DNA of 64,000 nt from a virus. The stretch lies in IMG/VR virus record IMGVR_UViG_3300020530_000006. One strand, 5' to 3'. The notes beneath the pieces are model-generated. The model did not search any database. It had not been told where the DNA came from and saw only the letters and a list, made by a program, of their open reading frames with translations. The position numbers and the translations under genes are program-made. This document shows positions 28,351 through 37,943 of the stretch, piece by piece. How positions within the stretch are numbered: the first letter of the stretch is position 1; the number at the start of each line of letters is the position of its first letter.

Positions 28351-28767
28351 ATGAATTTTACTCAAAGTTTTGAGGAGTTTAGTAAGGGCTTAGGACCAAC
28401 AGATCTTATGCTGTATGCTGGTATTGGCTTGGTTATATGGGTGTTATTCAAAGATAAACTTGCTCCAATGAATGGACTATATAGTTTTGTATTAGAAAAT
28501 ATAAAAAATCTTTTTCTAAAAAAACAACCAATGTTACCAAATGTCGTAACTGTTAGTACCAATACTGCTCCAGTTATTCTAGCAAATACTATTTCAGAGC
28601 ATTCCAAAGTAGAACCAGAAGATTTATTTTTTAAACTTGTGGTATCATGGAAAGAAACTCGTGATTTGGCTCTTAAGTGTGGCTGCGAAAAAGCTGTAGA
28701 TGTGGCTGATGAAATGTTTCCATATCTAAGTCCCAATGTTTGCGGAAAGGATCGTGTCGATGAATAA
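28351..28767 (+). CDS. membrane protein
   Basis: TM LMLYAGIGLVIWVLF; GAGGGG SD. Confidence 0.7.
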   Translation: MNFTQSFEEFSKGLGPTDLMLYAGIGLVIWVLFKDKLAPMNGLYSFVLENIKNLFLKKQPMLPNVVTVSTNTAPVILANTISEHSKVEPEDLFFKLVVSWKETRDLALKCGCEKAVDVADEMFPYLSPNVCGKDRVDE

Positions 28768-29254
28768 TAAATTTTTATTACTTGTAGCAGTAGTTCTTGT
28801 AGTATTCGGAATTACAAAACCAAATTTTAATTTTCCAATAAATCGTCCAGTCGATGTGGTCGATAGCATAGTTATTATAACTCCACCATCTGATCCAGAA
28901 CTTAAAAAGTTGTGCGAACCAGTTATAGATGCCTTTAATGTAGATGTTGGAAATAAAAAACAAGATGCAAAAAGATTATCTGATTTGTATATGGATTTAG
29001 CAACTCTAGTTGAACTAGATGGCGAAAACGAAGTTGTTAAGACAACAGAAGAGATTCGTCAGGCAAACTCTTTAAGTGGAGTAATGCTAAGGCTTAATCT
29101 TAAGGGTGCCTATCCAAATCTTAGTGCCGCTTGTCAGTCTTTAATTTCATCGCAGATAGGTGATGACATGGTTCCTCTAGATACTAATTTAAGATCAAAG
29201 TCTGCTAACGCATTTAGAGCATTAGCATGGGCTTGTAATGAAAGTCGTAAATAA
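28760..29254 (+). CDS. signal-anchored/exported protein
   Basis: MNNK + FLLLVAVVLVVFGI, Pro-rich linker, helical domain. Confidence 0.75.
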   Translation: MNNKFLLLVAVVLVVFGITKPNFNFPINRPVDVVDSIVIITPPSDPELKKLCEPVIDAFNVDVGNKKQDAKRLSDLYMDLATLVELDGENEVVKTTEEIRQANSLSGVMLRLNLKGAYPNLSAACQSLISSQIGDDMVPLDTNLRSKSANAFRALAWACNESRK

Positions 29255-30180
29255 TGTCTAAGTTTTCTCCTAATGATTTATATCTAAACTATCGTAAGGG
29301 CTACCAGGGTTGCCTTTGGGAACAACACGTATTTGATGAGTTACTCGAAACTTCTAAATACGCATATTTTGCCGATGGTTCAAAAAGGATAAAAAATAGT
29401 GGCAAGAGTAAGCTCAGTACTCCATATAAAAGCGTATTGAAGTTTGATAAAAATCCTTATAATGAAAGACAAACTACTGGAGATTGTGTTAGTCATGCAA
29501 CACGAAATGCCGTAGATGTTAGTCGAGCAGTAGAGATAGATGTGCATAGAGATAAGGAGTCTTGGGTAGCAAGAGGTGCTACTGAAGCAATTTACGGAGC
29601 CAGAGGTCATGGTGGTCAAGGGATGAGTTGTTCAAGAGCGGCGACATTTGTTAGTCAAAGCGGCGGCGTTGTTGTTAGAAAAAATTATAAGGGCGTGGCC
29701 GACTTTAGCAAGTATAATGGTGGTCTTGGTGCTGGCTGGGGTAGTAGAGGATTACCAGACCCCGTTATAGATCTTGCTAATGACCATCAAATTACAACCG
29801 TTAGTCTTGTTAGAACAATAGAAGAGGCAAGAGACGCATTAGCTAATGGTTATGGTTTATCTGTATGTTCTAGTTATGGATTCAGTAATAAACGCGATAG
29901 TAAAGGATTCGCAAAAGTAAGTGGTAGTTGGGCTCATGCTATGGCATGGATAGCGTGTGATGATACTGGTAGTGAGCCAGCATTTCTTGTCCAAAATAGT
30001 TGGGGCAAGTGGAATGATGGTGGTCATCCTGCGTGGGGTAAAATACCAGACGGTTCATTTTTAATTCATGCCGAAACAGCAGCAGGGATGCTTAGTCAAA
30101 GCGGAGCATACGCATTTAGTAATTTCGATGGCTTTCCTGTTCAAAAACTTCCGTCTTATGGTTTTGAGGATTATTTATGA
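29254..30180 (+). CDS. papain-like cysteine peptidase (C1)
   Basis: Q..GDCVSHA (Cys), WAHAM (His), VQNSWG (Asn). Confidence 0.88.
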   Translation: MSKFSPNDLYLNYRKGYQGCLWEQHVFDELLETSKYAYFADGSKRIKNSGKSKLSTPYKSVLKFDKNPYNERQTTGDCVSHATRNAVDVSRAVEIDVHRDKESWVARGATEAIYGARGHGGQGMSCSRAATFVSQSGGVVVRKNYKGVADFSKYNGGLGAGWGSRGLPDPVIDLANDHQITTVSLVRTIEEARDALANGYGLSVCSSYGFSNKRDSKGFAKVSGSWAHAMAWIACDDTGSEPAFLVQNSWGKWNDGGHPAWGKIPDGSFLIHAETAAGMLSQSGAYAFSNFDGFPVQKLPSYGFEDYL

Positions 30181-30338
30181 AAATAATAGATAAAGTAATT
30201 CTTAATAGATTACTAAGTATTATAGCAAGTTTTATATTAAGTATTATTAAGATACTATCACCAAAAAGTGTCGAAGAAATTGATACCCCAAAGCCAGATA
30301 AAAGATGGCGCCCCAGATGGAGAAAGCAAGATGAATAA
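30177..30338 (+). CDS. 53-aa amphipathic/basic peptide (absent from ORF track)
   Basis: MKIIDKVILNRLLSIIASFILSIIKILSPKSVEEIDTPKPDKRWRPRWRKQDE; ATGA overlap, GAGG SD, fills the gap exactly. Confidence 0.7.
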   Translation: MKIIDKVILNRLLSIIASFILSIIKILSPKSVEEIDTPKPDKRWRPRWRKQDE

Positions 30339-30639
30339 AGCTATTGGTTTATTTTTAGTAGCGTCTATTTTTTTATCGTCAGACTATGGCTATCACGGTT
30401 CCACAACAGGGGTTGTGACTCTTGTTGGCTCTGTTATCAAAACATCTCATATAGATAAAGAAAAAAAGTATCCTAGAAAAGAATGTCCTGTTTGTAAAGG
30501 AACAGGAAAATATCTAAGTGGAGATGGTATTAAAATGGTTGACTGTGGATATTGTGAGCCAGAAAACAAAGAGTCGGAAGTTACTCATCCTCCAGCTATT
30601 TTAAAACCAGATTGTAAAACTAAGGTTCATAAAAAATGA
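30331..30639 (+). CDS. exported protein with DnaJ-type Cys motif
   Basis: Signal-like MNKAIGLFLVASIFL; CPVCKGTG...CGYC. Confidence 0.7.
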   Translation: MNKAIGLFLVASIFLSSDYGYHGSTTGVVTLVGSVIKTSHIDKEKKYPRKECPVCKGTGKYLSGDGIKMVDCGYCEPENKESEVTHPPAILKPDCKTKVHKK

Positions 30640-31025
30640 ATGATAAATTAAACAGCATAGCAGAAAAAATTAGAGCTGAATCTGATATACCAGAAGAAGA
30701 AAAATTTGGTAGTGTAATTGCTATACTTATGATTATTAGTATAATATTAACACTAGTTAGAGTGTTACAAGAATGTAATAAAAATAAAACTTCAGAACTT
30801 CACTCATCAGAAGACAAGTACACATTCTACGGTTCTGAAATACACAACTATTCCCTTAAAAGGGGATGGTTTACAAAACTAAGAATTAAAAAAGCTATTA
30901 GAAAACAAATGTCTAAAGAGCAATACGCAAAATACGGTTCATCATTAATGAATTCAATTCTAAATACAGGAGAAAATATCAAGGATGATGAAGTTATAAC
31001 TTTAGTGGAGGCAGCAAATGTTTAA
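30636..31025 (+). CDS. single-pass membrane protein
   Basis: TM VIAILMIISIILTLV. Confidence 0.75.
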   Translation: MNDKLNSIAEKIRAESDIPEEEKFGSVIAILMIISIILTLVRVLQECNKNKTSELHSSEDKYTFYGSEIHNYSLKRGWFTKLRIKKAIRKQMSKEQYAKYGSSLMNSILNTGENIKDDEVITLVEAANV

Positions 31026-31269
31026 TATAATTGTCTGGTGTGTATATGGCTTGTTTGTTGGCAGTATAGCCAAAGCCCTAGTTCCTGGTGAAGAAAGAAT
31101 GGGATTTGCTCAAACAATAGCGGTTGGTGTTGCCGGATCATATATGGGCGGCGCCGTATTATATTTGCTTGGAACTTATGAAAGTATCAGTCCATCTGGA
31201 ATATTTATGGGTGTTGCTGGCGGCGTACTAAGTCTTGTTTTGTATAATAAGTTAACACAAAAATCTTGA
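31018..31269 (+). CDS. GlsB/YeaQ/YmgE (transglycosylase-associated) membrane protein
   Basis: WCVYGLFVGSIAKALVPG, TIAVGVAGSYMGG, three TM helices. Confidence 0.85.
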   Translation: MFNIIVWCVYGLFVGSIAKALVPGEERMGFAQTIAVGVAGSYMGGAVLYLLGTYESISPSGIFMGVAGGVLSLVLYNKLTQKS

Positions 31270-31293
31270 CTAGCACACTGATCGCACTATAAT
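31266..31293 (+). promoter_or_regulatory. sigma70-type promoter, likely leaderless transcript
   Basis: TTGACT-N16-TATAAT; ATG begins 7 nt after the -10 box with no SD. Confidence 0.7.
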
Positions 31294-31299
31294 ATCCTT

Positions 31300-31770
31300 A
31301 TGGAACGACCAAACTGGACAGATTATTTTTTAGGATTGGCTACAGTAGTTTCTCAACGTAGCCATGATATTCAAACACAACATGGTTGTGTAATAACAGA
31401 CAAAAATAACAGGATACTAGGACTAGGATATAATGGTTTCCCTAGGGGTCTTGATGATAAATTATTACCAAATACTAGACCAGAAAAATATCCTTGGATG
31501 ATACACGCCGAAAGAAACGCTCTGTCAAACTGTATAATTAGACCAGAAAATGGAATAGCGTATGTTACGGGACAATCTTGCAATGATTGTGCTATGGCAT
31601 TGTGGCAAGAAGGTGTGACCACAATTGTAATGTCAAAAAATCACGGAACACACCTTTTCGACGAATCTGCAAAACAAAGATTCTCAACTTTTGTTGCTAT
31701 GAGTGGCATCAAAATTATATATGCTGAACCAAATCTTTCATGGCTGAAACAATTGGTCGGTGTATTATGA
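31300..31770 (+). CDS. dCMP deaminase
   Basis: RPNWTDYF, GYNG, HAERNAL, CNDC. Confidence 0.92.
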   Translation: MERPNWTDYFLGLATVVSQRSHDIQTQHGCVITDKNNRILGLGYNGFPRGLDDKLLPNTRPEKYPWMIHAERNALSNCIIRPENGIAYVTGQSCNDCAMALWQEGVTTIVMSKNHGTHLFDESAKQRFSTFVAMSGIKIIYAEPNLSWLKQLVGVL

Positions 31771-31904
31771 TATACCATATTGGTTTTTTCATAGTATTAT
31801 TTTTTTATTTTTATTTCAATATTACCTCCAATACTATAATGATAGAAAACTCTTTTAAAGGATTGGTAATATTAGGTCTTTTAACATTAATCGATAGGAG
31901 ATAA
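31767..31904 (+). CDS. 45-aa hydrophobic membrane peptide (absent from ORF track)
   Basis: MIYHIGFFIVLFFYFYFNITSNTIMIENSFKGLVILGLLTLIDRR; ATGA overlap, ends 1 nt before nrdJ. Confidence 0.6.
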   Translation: MIYHIGFFIVLFFYFYFNITSNTIMIENSFKGLVILGLLTLIDRR

Positions 31905-31905
31905 T

Positions 31906-34098
31906 ATGTCTGCTCTTCAAGAATTACAGAATTATACCTTTGTAAGCAAGTATGCTAGATGGCTAGAAGATAAAAACAGAAGAGAGACGTGGAAAGAAGC
32001 TGTCGAGAGAGTCAAAAACATGATGCACACAATGTATGTTGATAAAAATATATCAGAAGATATTAATTGGGCGTACGACATGATGTACAAAAAAAAGGTT
32101 TTAGGAAGCCAAAGAGGTTTGCAATTTGGTGGAGATCCTATCCTAAAAAGACATGCTAAAATATATAATTGCACAAGTTCATATTGTGATAGACTAAGAT
32201 TTTTTCAGGAATGTTTTTGGTTATTGCTTTGTGGTAGTGGCACTGGTTTTAGTGTACAAAAGCACCATGTTGCCAAATTACCAACACTAGAACATGATCC
32301 ACCACAAGATAAAGGTACTGTCTATGTTATAGAAGATAGTATCGAAGGTTGGGCGGATGCTCTCGGAGTTCTACTTAGTAGTTATTTTAGTAAACCAATA
32401 GATGAATATAAGCAATATAAAAATTGTCATATTTTATTTGACTATAGTAATATTAGACCTCAAGGATCTAATCTCAGTTCTGGCGTAGGCAAAGCCCCAG
32501 GATTTGAACCATTAGCCAAGGGGCTAGAAAAAATTAGAACTTTACTAGATCGTTGTGTTGCTAATGGTCAGAAAAAACTTCGTCCAATTGATGCGTATGA
32601 TATTGTTATGCACAGTAGCGATGCTGTATTAAGTGGCGGAGTAAGACGTTCTGCAAGTTTGGCTTTATTTAGTCCAGACGATGAAGAAATGGCTAAAGCA
32701 AAAACTGGAAATTGGTATATAGACAATCCACAAAGAGCGCGTAGTAATAATTCTGCACTATTGTTAAAAGATGAAACAACATACGAACAATTTGAGTCTC
32801 TTATGGAATCTGTTAAAGAATTTGGAGAACCCGGCTTTATTTGGAGCGATTCTACAGAAATGACATTCAATCCTTGTGTAGAAGTTGGAATGTGGCCTGT
32901 TGATGAAGAAAGTGGCAAAAGCGGATGGCAAGGATGTAATTTATCTACCATTAATTGTTCTTCTATCGAAGATGAAAACGATTTTTATGATAGATGCAAA
33001 GCAGCAGCTATTATTGGTACTTTACAAGCTGGTTTTACAAAATTAGATTATTTGGGAGAAATTAGTTGTAAGATTTTTCAAAGAGAATCTTTACTGGGTG
33101 TTTCTTTGACCGGAATTATGGAAAAATATGATTTAATTTTGTCCGAAAAAGTACTCAAAGCCGGAGCAAAAATTGCTGTAGAAACTAATAAAGAAATGGC
33201 TAAAAAAATCGGAATCAATCAAGCAGCCAGAGTTACCTGTTTAAAGCCAGAAGGAACATCATCAAGTATGTTGGGAACTAGTTCAGGTATCCATCCACAT
33301 CACGCCAAGCGTTATATAAGGCATGTACAAGCCAATATTTTGGAGGCACCATACCAACACTTTAAAAATTATAACCCGCAGGCTTGTGAAAAATCAAGTT
33401 GGTCGGCCAATAATACTGATGAGGTTGTCAAATTTCCAATCGAAGTTCCAGACGGGTCAAAATTAAAAAATCAATTGCCTGCTGTTGAAATGTTGTCAAT
33501 TGTAAAAGATACTCAAAAAAATTGGGTATACTCTGGCAAGAACAAGGCTATTTGTACACAAGAATATTTAAATCATAATGTTAGCAATACAGTTACAGTC
33601 AAGCCAGATGAATGGGTCGATGTTACCAAATATATTTATGATAATCGTAAATATTTTGCTGGTATCAGCCTTATTCCTCAAAGTGGAGATAAAGATTATC
33701 CACAAGCACCATTTACTACGGTTTATACTAGTAGAGAAATAGTAAAGGAATATGGTGATGCTGCATTATGGTGTTCTGGTCTTATTGAACTAGCACTAAA
33801 TGCTTTTGATAATAATCTTTGGGCGGCTTGTGATTATGTAACACTCAATCAAGCCCAAAAAGATCATCATGAGTCCAAACTAAAGTTTGTTACTAAAATG
33901 AAAAATTTTGCCGGTAAATACTTTAATGGAGATATAAGACGATTAACATACTGTATGAAAGATGTTTATAATTGGAAAATATATTGTGATCTTTACAATA
34001 CTTTCAAGCGAGTTGATTACACACAACTTCTAGAAACAGAGGACAATACACTAGGAATAGAAGAGATTAGTTGTGCTGGCGGCGCGTGTCTAATTTAA
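31906..34098 (+). CDS. nrdJ: class II (B12-dependent) ribonucleotide reductase
   Basis: YNC, GGVRRSA, NPCVE, CNL, KPEGT, C-terminal CAGGAC; no nrdB adjacent. Confidence 0.9.
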   Translation: MSALQELQNYTFVSKYARWLEDKNRRETWKEAVERVKNMMHTMYVDKNISEDINWAYDMMYKKKVLGSQRGLQFGGDPILKRHAKIYNCTSSYCDRLRFFQECFWLLLCGSGTGFSVQKHHVAKLPTLEHDPPQDKGTVYVIEDSIEGWADALGVLLSSYFSKPIDEYKQYKNCHILFDYSNIRPQGSNLSSGVGKAPGFEPLAKGLEKIRTLLDRCVANGQKKLRPIDAYDIVMHSSDAVLSGGVRRSASLALFSPDDEEMAKAKTGNWYIDNPQRARSNNSALLLKDETTYEQFESLMESVKEFGEPGFIWSDSTEMTFNPCVEVGMWPVDEESGKSGWQGCNLSTINCSSIEDENDFYDRCKAAAIIGTLQAGFTKLDYLGEISCKIFQRESLLGVSLTGIMEKYDLILSEKVLKAGAKIAVETNKEMAKKIGINQAARVTCLKPEGTSSSMLGTSSGIHPHHAKRYIRHVQANILEAPYQHFKNYNPQACEKSSWSANNTDEVVKFPIEVPDGSKLKNQLPAVEMLSIVKDTQKNWVYSGKNKAICTQEYLNHNVSNTVTVKPDEWVDVTKYIYDNRKYFAGISLIPQSGDKDYPQAPFTTVYTSREIVKEYGDAALWCSGLIELALNAFDNNLWAACDYVTLNQAQKDHHESKLKFVTKMKNFAGKYFNGDIRRLTYCMKDVYNWKIYCDLYNTFKRVDYTQLLETEDNTLGIEEISCAGGACLI

Positions 34099-34120
34099 CT
34101 ATTACCAGTGGAGATAACCA

Positions 34121-34852
34121 TTGAGAAAAAATAATAAAAATAATAAAAAAAGACCAAAAGTACTAGACGCTACAAATGATATCCAACCAAATGGTATGAT
34201 CTATAGAAATAGATTAAAACCAAGAACAGATAATCAAAAAGAATATATCAGAACAGTAGCAGAAAACACCATAACATTTTGTCAGGGTGTTGCTGGTAGT
34301 GGTAAAACACATATTGCTGTTGGAATGGCTTTAGAACATCTTTTGGAAGAAAAAGTAAAAAAGATTGTTATTACCAGACCGGTAGTAGAAAGCGGAGAAA
34401 AAATTGGATATTTGCCGGGAACAGCAGAAGAAAAGTTACACCCATACTTATTGCCTATACTGGATGAAATTTGTCATTTTATACCAATGAGTCATTACGC
34501 AAGTCTGAAATTAAATAATAAGATTGAAATAGTACCTCTTGGATTAATGAGAGGACGTAATTTTCATAACTCCTTTATAGTAGCAGATGAGTGTCAAAAC
34601 GCTTCGTATGATCAACTAAAAATGTTGTTGACACGTATTGGAAATGAAAGTAAAATGGTATTGACCGGCGACGTTAGCCAGTCAGATCTTCACAGAAGTA
34701 TGCGTGGTGGCTTTATAGATTTAATTGGAGCCCTATACGGTGTCGATCAAATCGGAATTAGTGAATTATTCAATCAAGATATAATTAGAAATCCTATTAT
34801 TGGTAAAATTTTAACACGGCTAGATTCGTATGAAAACAGAAAACCGGAATAG
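34121..34852 (+). CDS. phoH: PhoH-family ATPase
   Basis: TTG start with GGAG; GVAGSGKT, GYLPG, MRGRNF, DECQN, LTRIG, TGD..Q.D. Confidence 0.93.
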   Translation: MRKNNKNNKKRPKVLDATNDIQPNGMIYRNRLKPRTDNQKEYIRTVAENTITFCQGVAGSGKTHIAVGMALEHLLEEKVKKIVITRPVVESGEKIGYLPGTAEEKLHPYLLPILDEICHFIPMSHYASLKLNNKIEIVPLGLMRGRNFHNSFIVADECQNASYDQLKMLLTRIGNESKMVLTGDVSQSDLHRSMRGGFIDLIGALYGVDQIGISELFNQDIIRNPIIGKILTRLDSYENRKPE

Positions 34853-35447
34853 TAAATGTTTATTGCTAAACTCTGACTATTCTCCATTGTCTATCATTTC
34901 GTGGAAAAAGGCTATTGTATGGTCTTTTAGATCAGAATGTGATATAACATATGGAATAGAGATAATTGATTTTTTTAAAAACGACCACATCAATGGTGTT
35001 AATAAAAAATATCCTATACCAGCAGTAGCAAGAACAAAAAGATTTTTTAGAATCAATAATTCTTCTATCACATTTTCTCGTAAAAATATCTATATAAGAG
35101 ATAATTATACTTGTCAGTATTGTGATATTATTTATTCTTTTAAAGATTTAACATATGATCATGTTATTCCCAAATCAAAATGGTTAGATAATAATGGCTC
35201 TCCAACAAATTGGACAAATATAGTAACAGCCTGTATCGAATGTAATAGAAAAAAGGGTAATAGAACACCAACACAAGCAAATATGCCACTTAAAAAATTG
35301 CCAAGCAAGCCACAAAAAAATATAAAGTTCTTGCCGATATCGTCATATTTATCTACTATAAAGGACAGAGTACCACAAGAGTGGCTTATCTATATACCAG
35401 AATCTTATAAAGAAATAACATGCCAACATACTCATACGAATGTCTAA
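34830..35447 (+). CDS. HNH endonuclease (McrA-like)
   Basis: LLLNSDY.PL, RDNYTCQYC, DHVIP, WTNIVTACIECN..K. Confidence 0.9.
   Translation: MKTENRNSKCLLLNSDYSPLSIISWKKAIVWSFRSECDITYGIEIIDFFKNDHINGVNKKYPIPAVARTKRFFRINNSSITFSRKNIYIRDNYTCQYCDIIYSFKDLTYDHVIPKSKWLDNNGSPTNWTNIVTACIECNRKKGNRTPTQANMPLKKLPSKPQKNIKFLPISSYLSTIKDRVPQEWLIYIPESYKEITCQHTHTNV
35331..35359 (+). promoter_or_regulatory. internal sigma70-type promoter
   Basis: TTGCCG-N17-TACTAT inside the HNH gene, about 60 nt upstream of the FmdB-like gene. Confidence 0.5.
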
Positions 35448-35806
35448 ACTGTAAAAAAAATTTTGAATTATTTTTCTATATCAAAGACTATAACGATAAA
35501 CCATCGTGTATACACTGTAATAAAGCCAATACCCAGCGTCTCTATGCTTTAGATGTTGCCACACAATCAGCATCTGTTAAAAAAAGCGATACGGAGTTGA
35601 AAACAATTGGGGATTTGGCCTTGAGAAACGCAGAAAAAATGAGCGACGATGAGAAGATGAGCCTGCACAAGAAACATAACTCGTATAGAGATGAACAAAT
35701 AGAAAAAGATTTGCCTTCTGGAATGGGCAGAATTAAAAAACCAGAAAAACCAAAGTGGCCAGGAATAAGCAACACAAAGAAAAGAAGGAAACTAAAAAAT
35801 GGATGA
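35420..35806 (+). CDS. FmdB-family Zn-ribbon protein
   Basis: MPTYSYECLNC...FE...CIHC. Confidence 0.85.
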   Translation: MPTYSYECLNCKKNFELFFYIKDYNDKPSCIHCNKANTQRLYALDVATQSASVKKSDTELKTIGDLALRNAEKMSDDEKMSLHKKHNSYRDEQIEKDLPSGMGRIKKPEKPKWPGISNTKKRRKLKNG

Positions 35807-36173
35807 TATGTTTAAAGTAGATAAGTCTAAGACGCCAGAAGAATATAACTATACATACTATACAATATTTGGTTCTCACGAAGACTTGGACAACGATGGA
35901 AATCCATTGATCCAAGATAAGAAAAAATGCCTAGCTTATATTAGACATGGTAATGAGGATGAACATTTTTATTTGAAAGTTGGTACTTATGGGAAAATTT
36001 TCAATCCTATTGGACTATACTCAGAAGGAAGACAAAATAAGTTTTTATCAAAAATTGGTAAGGAAGAATACTCATTTACAAGAGTCAACAATAAGGTGTT
36101 TAGTATGTATCTAAATTTTTTACGAACAAAAAATATGGCATGGTTAAACAATGCGGAAAGGGAACTATCATGA
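35799..36173 (+). CDS. hypothetical protein
   Basis: 124 aa, coupled. Confidence 0.75.
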   Translation: MDDMFKVDKSKTPEEYNYTYYTIFGSHEDLDNDGNPLIQDKKKCLAYIRHGNEDEHFYLKVGTYGKIFNPIGLYSEGRQNKFLSKIGKEEYSFTRVNNKVFSMYLNFLRTKNMAWLNNAERELS

Positions 36174-36532
36174 ATAAATCAGAAAAAAATCAAGAAGTAA
36201 ACGAAACACAAATATTTGCTATATATCATCTAGCAGATACGGGTTTGTCTGCTGCTGACATAGGCAAGAAAATCAAAATTTCTACTAAAGAAGTAAGGGA
36301 TGTCTTATCTAAAAGAGACTCTGAAAGATCTGATGCTATTAAAACAACATCATCAAAAGTTAACAGCAAGGATTTAATGATTACACAAACAGCAGCAAAA
36401 GGAATAAATAATGTTGCTATTATGACTAAAGCCGCATCAGAAATAAATGATGCTCACCGACAAACTATGGAAACAGATAGCACTTCTCGAACAACCAGAA
36501 ATGCTATCTATAGGCCCAACAACAATAAATGA
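36170..36532 (+). CDS. HTH-containing hypothetical protein
   Basis: GLSAADIGKKIKISTKEVRDVL helix-turn-helix-like. Confidence 0.65.
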   Translation: MNKSEKNQEVNETQIFAIYHLADTGLSAADIGKKIKISTKEVRDVLSKRDSERSDAIKTTSSKVNSKDLMITQTAAKGINNVAIMTKAASEINDAHRQTMETDSTSRTTRNAIYRPNNNK

Positions 36533-36933
36533 AATATTCATCAAGATATTCTAACGGAAAAACCGTAACTGCTCAACAATATATTACAGAAATTATATGT
36601 GAGAATAAAGCTAAAATAGATAAAAAAGATCTATATTTTAGATTTTGGACAAATAAGGAATGGTCAAAATTTTATAGAGATCAAATAGCAACGGCCAATA
36701 AACTTGTTAAGAAATATTCAGAACAAGCAATTATCAAAGCGCTACAGAATCCAAAAGCATCTAGAATCTTTTCTTTGCGTGCGCCACATCTAATACCTAT
36801 CATAGAATACGAGCAGGAACAGCTTTCTAACCAGAATACTATTTTATCAAAAGAGTATGATAGGTCAGATAAAAAGTTCGAACAAAGAAAAAATAAGTCA
36901 TCAGTACTGTCTAAATTAAAGGAACTTGAATGA
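36529..36933 (+). CDS. hypothetical protein
   Basis: 134 aa, coupled to recA. Confidence 0.75.
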   Translation: MKYSSRYSNGKTVTAQQYITEIICENKAKIDKKDLYFRFWTNKEWSKFYRDQIATANKLVKKYSEQAIIKALQNPKASRIFSLRAPHLIPIIEYEQEQLSNQNTILSKEYDRSDKKFEQRKNKSSVLSKLKELE

Positions 36934-37943
36934 GTGTTAAACTAAAGGATGATGTTACTAAACAATTTGGTTCCGACATTATTCTAAATGGTAATGCTAT
37001 TGTTGATAAAAAAACATTAATTATACCAATAAGTCCATCGTTAGATATAGTCTTGAATGGCGGAATCCCAGAAGGAAGTTTTGTTGTATTGACCGGACAA
37101 CCTAAGTGTGGCAAGACCACAACAAGCCTAGACTTTGCAGCAACAGCACAACAAAAACAATATGCTCACGGATCTTTTAAAGAAGGTCGGGAAGTGTACT
37201 ACCTAAATATCGAAGGTAGATTAAAAAAGCGTGACCTAGAAGGGATACCCGGATTGGATCTTTCTAGGTTTCATGTGATAGGTAGTCAACAAGGGAAAAT
37301 ATTACACGCAGAAGAATACTTACAAATAGCTGAAAGAATCATTAATGAGATTCCTGGAAGTGTTGTAATAATTGACTCATATTCTGCTCTGTGTACTGAA
37401 GCAGAAATTACAAGCGATATGGATAAGATGCAAAGAGCAGACGGAGCAAAATTACTTGCAAAGTTTTGTCGTAAGGTTGCTAATGTTATTCCAGTAAATA
37501 AAAATATAGTTATTGGCATTACTCATTTAATGGGTAATCCAACAGGATATGGTGCAGAATTTAAAGAAAAGAGTGGTCAGGCTATTGCTTATCAGACAGA
37601 TATTAAACTTAGGGCAAAAACATTCAAGCCTTGGACATTAAGTGCCGATAGTACACAAATAGGTCAAGAGATAGAGTGGCAAGTTCTATGTTCTGCTTTG
37701 GGACCGCCGGGAGGCTCTATAACGTCATATATCAGATATGGTCAGGGAATCGACAAGCACACAGAACTTATAAGTTTTGCTGTCGATGTAGGATTAATAA
37801 ATAAGGGTGGAGCTTGGTATACTTATGAGTCAGAAAAATTTCAAGGCATGGAAAAACTACGTCAATATTTCGTAGACAATCCTGAAAAATATTCCTCATT
37901 AGAAAAATCAGTTAAAGAAACAATGGGTGTTAAGTGCAAGTAA
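36930..37943 (+). CDS. recA: RecA/UvsX recombinase
   Basis: SLDIVLNGGIPEG, GQPKCGKTT, IIDSYSAL, GQGID, KGGAWY. Confidence 0.92.
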   Translation: MSVKLKDDVTKQFGSDIILNGNAIVDKKTLIIPISPSLDIVLNGGIPEGSFVVLTGQPKCGKTTTSLDFAATAQQKQYAHGSFKEGREVYYLNIEGRLKKRDLEGIPGLDLSRFHVIGSQQGKILHAEEYLQIAERIINEIPGSVVIIDSYSALCTEAEITSDMDKMQRADGAKLLAKFCRKVANVIPVNKNIVIGITHLMGNPTGYGAEFKEKSGQAIAYQTDIKLRAKTFKPWTLSADSTQIGQEIEWQVLCSALGPPGGSITSYIRYGQGIDKHTELISFAVDVGLINKGGAWYTYESEKFQGMEKLRQYFVDNPEKYSSLEKSVKETMGVKCK

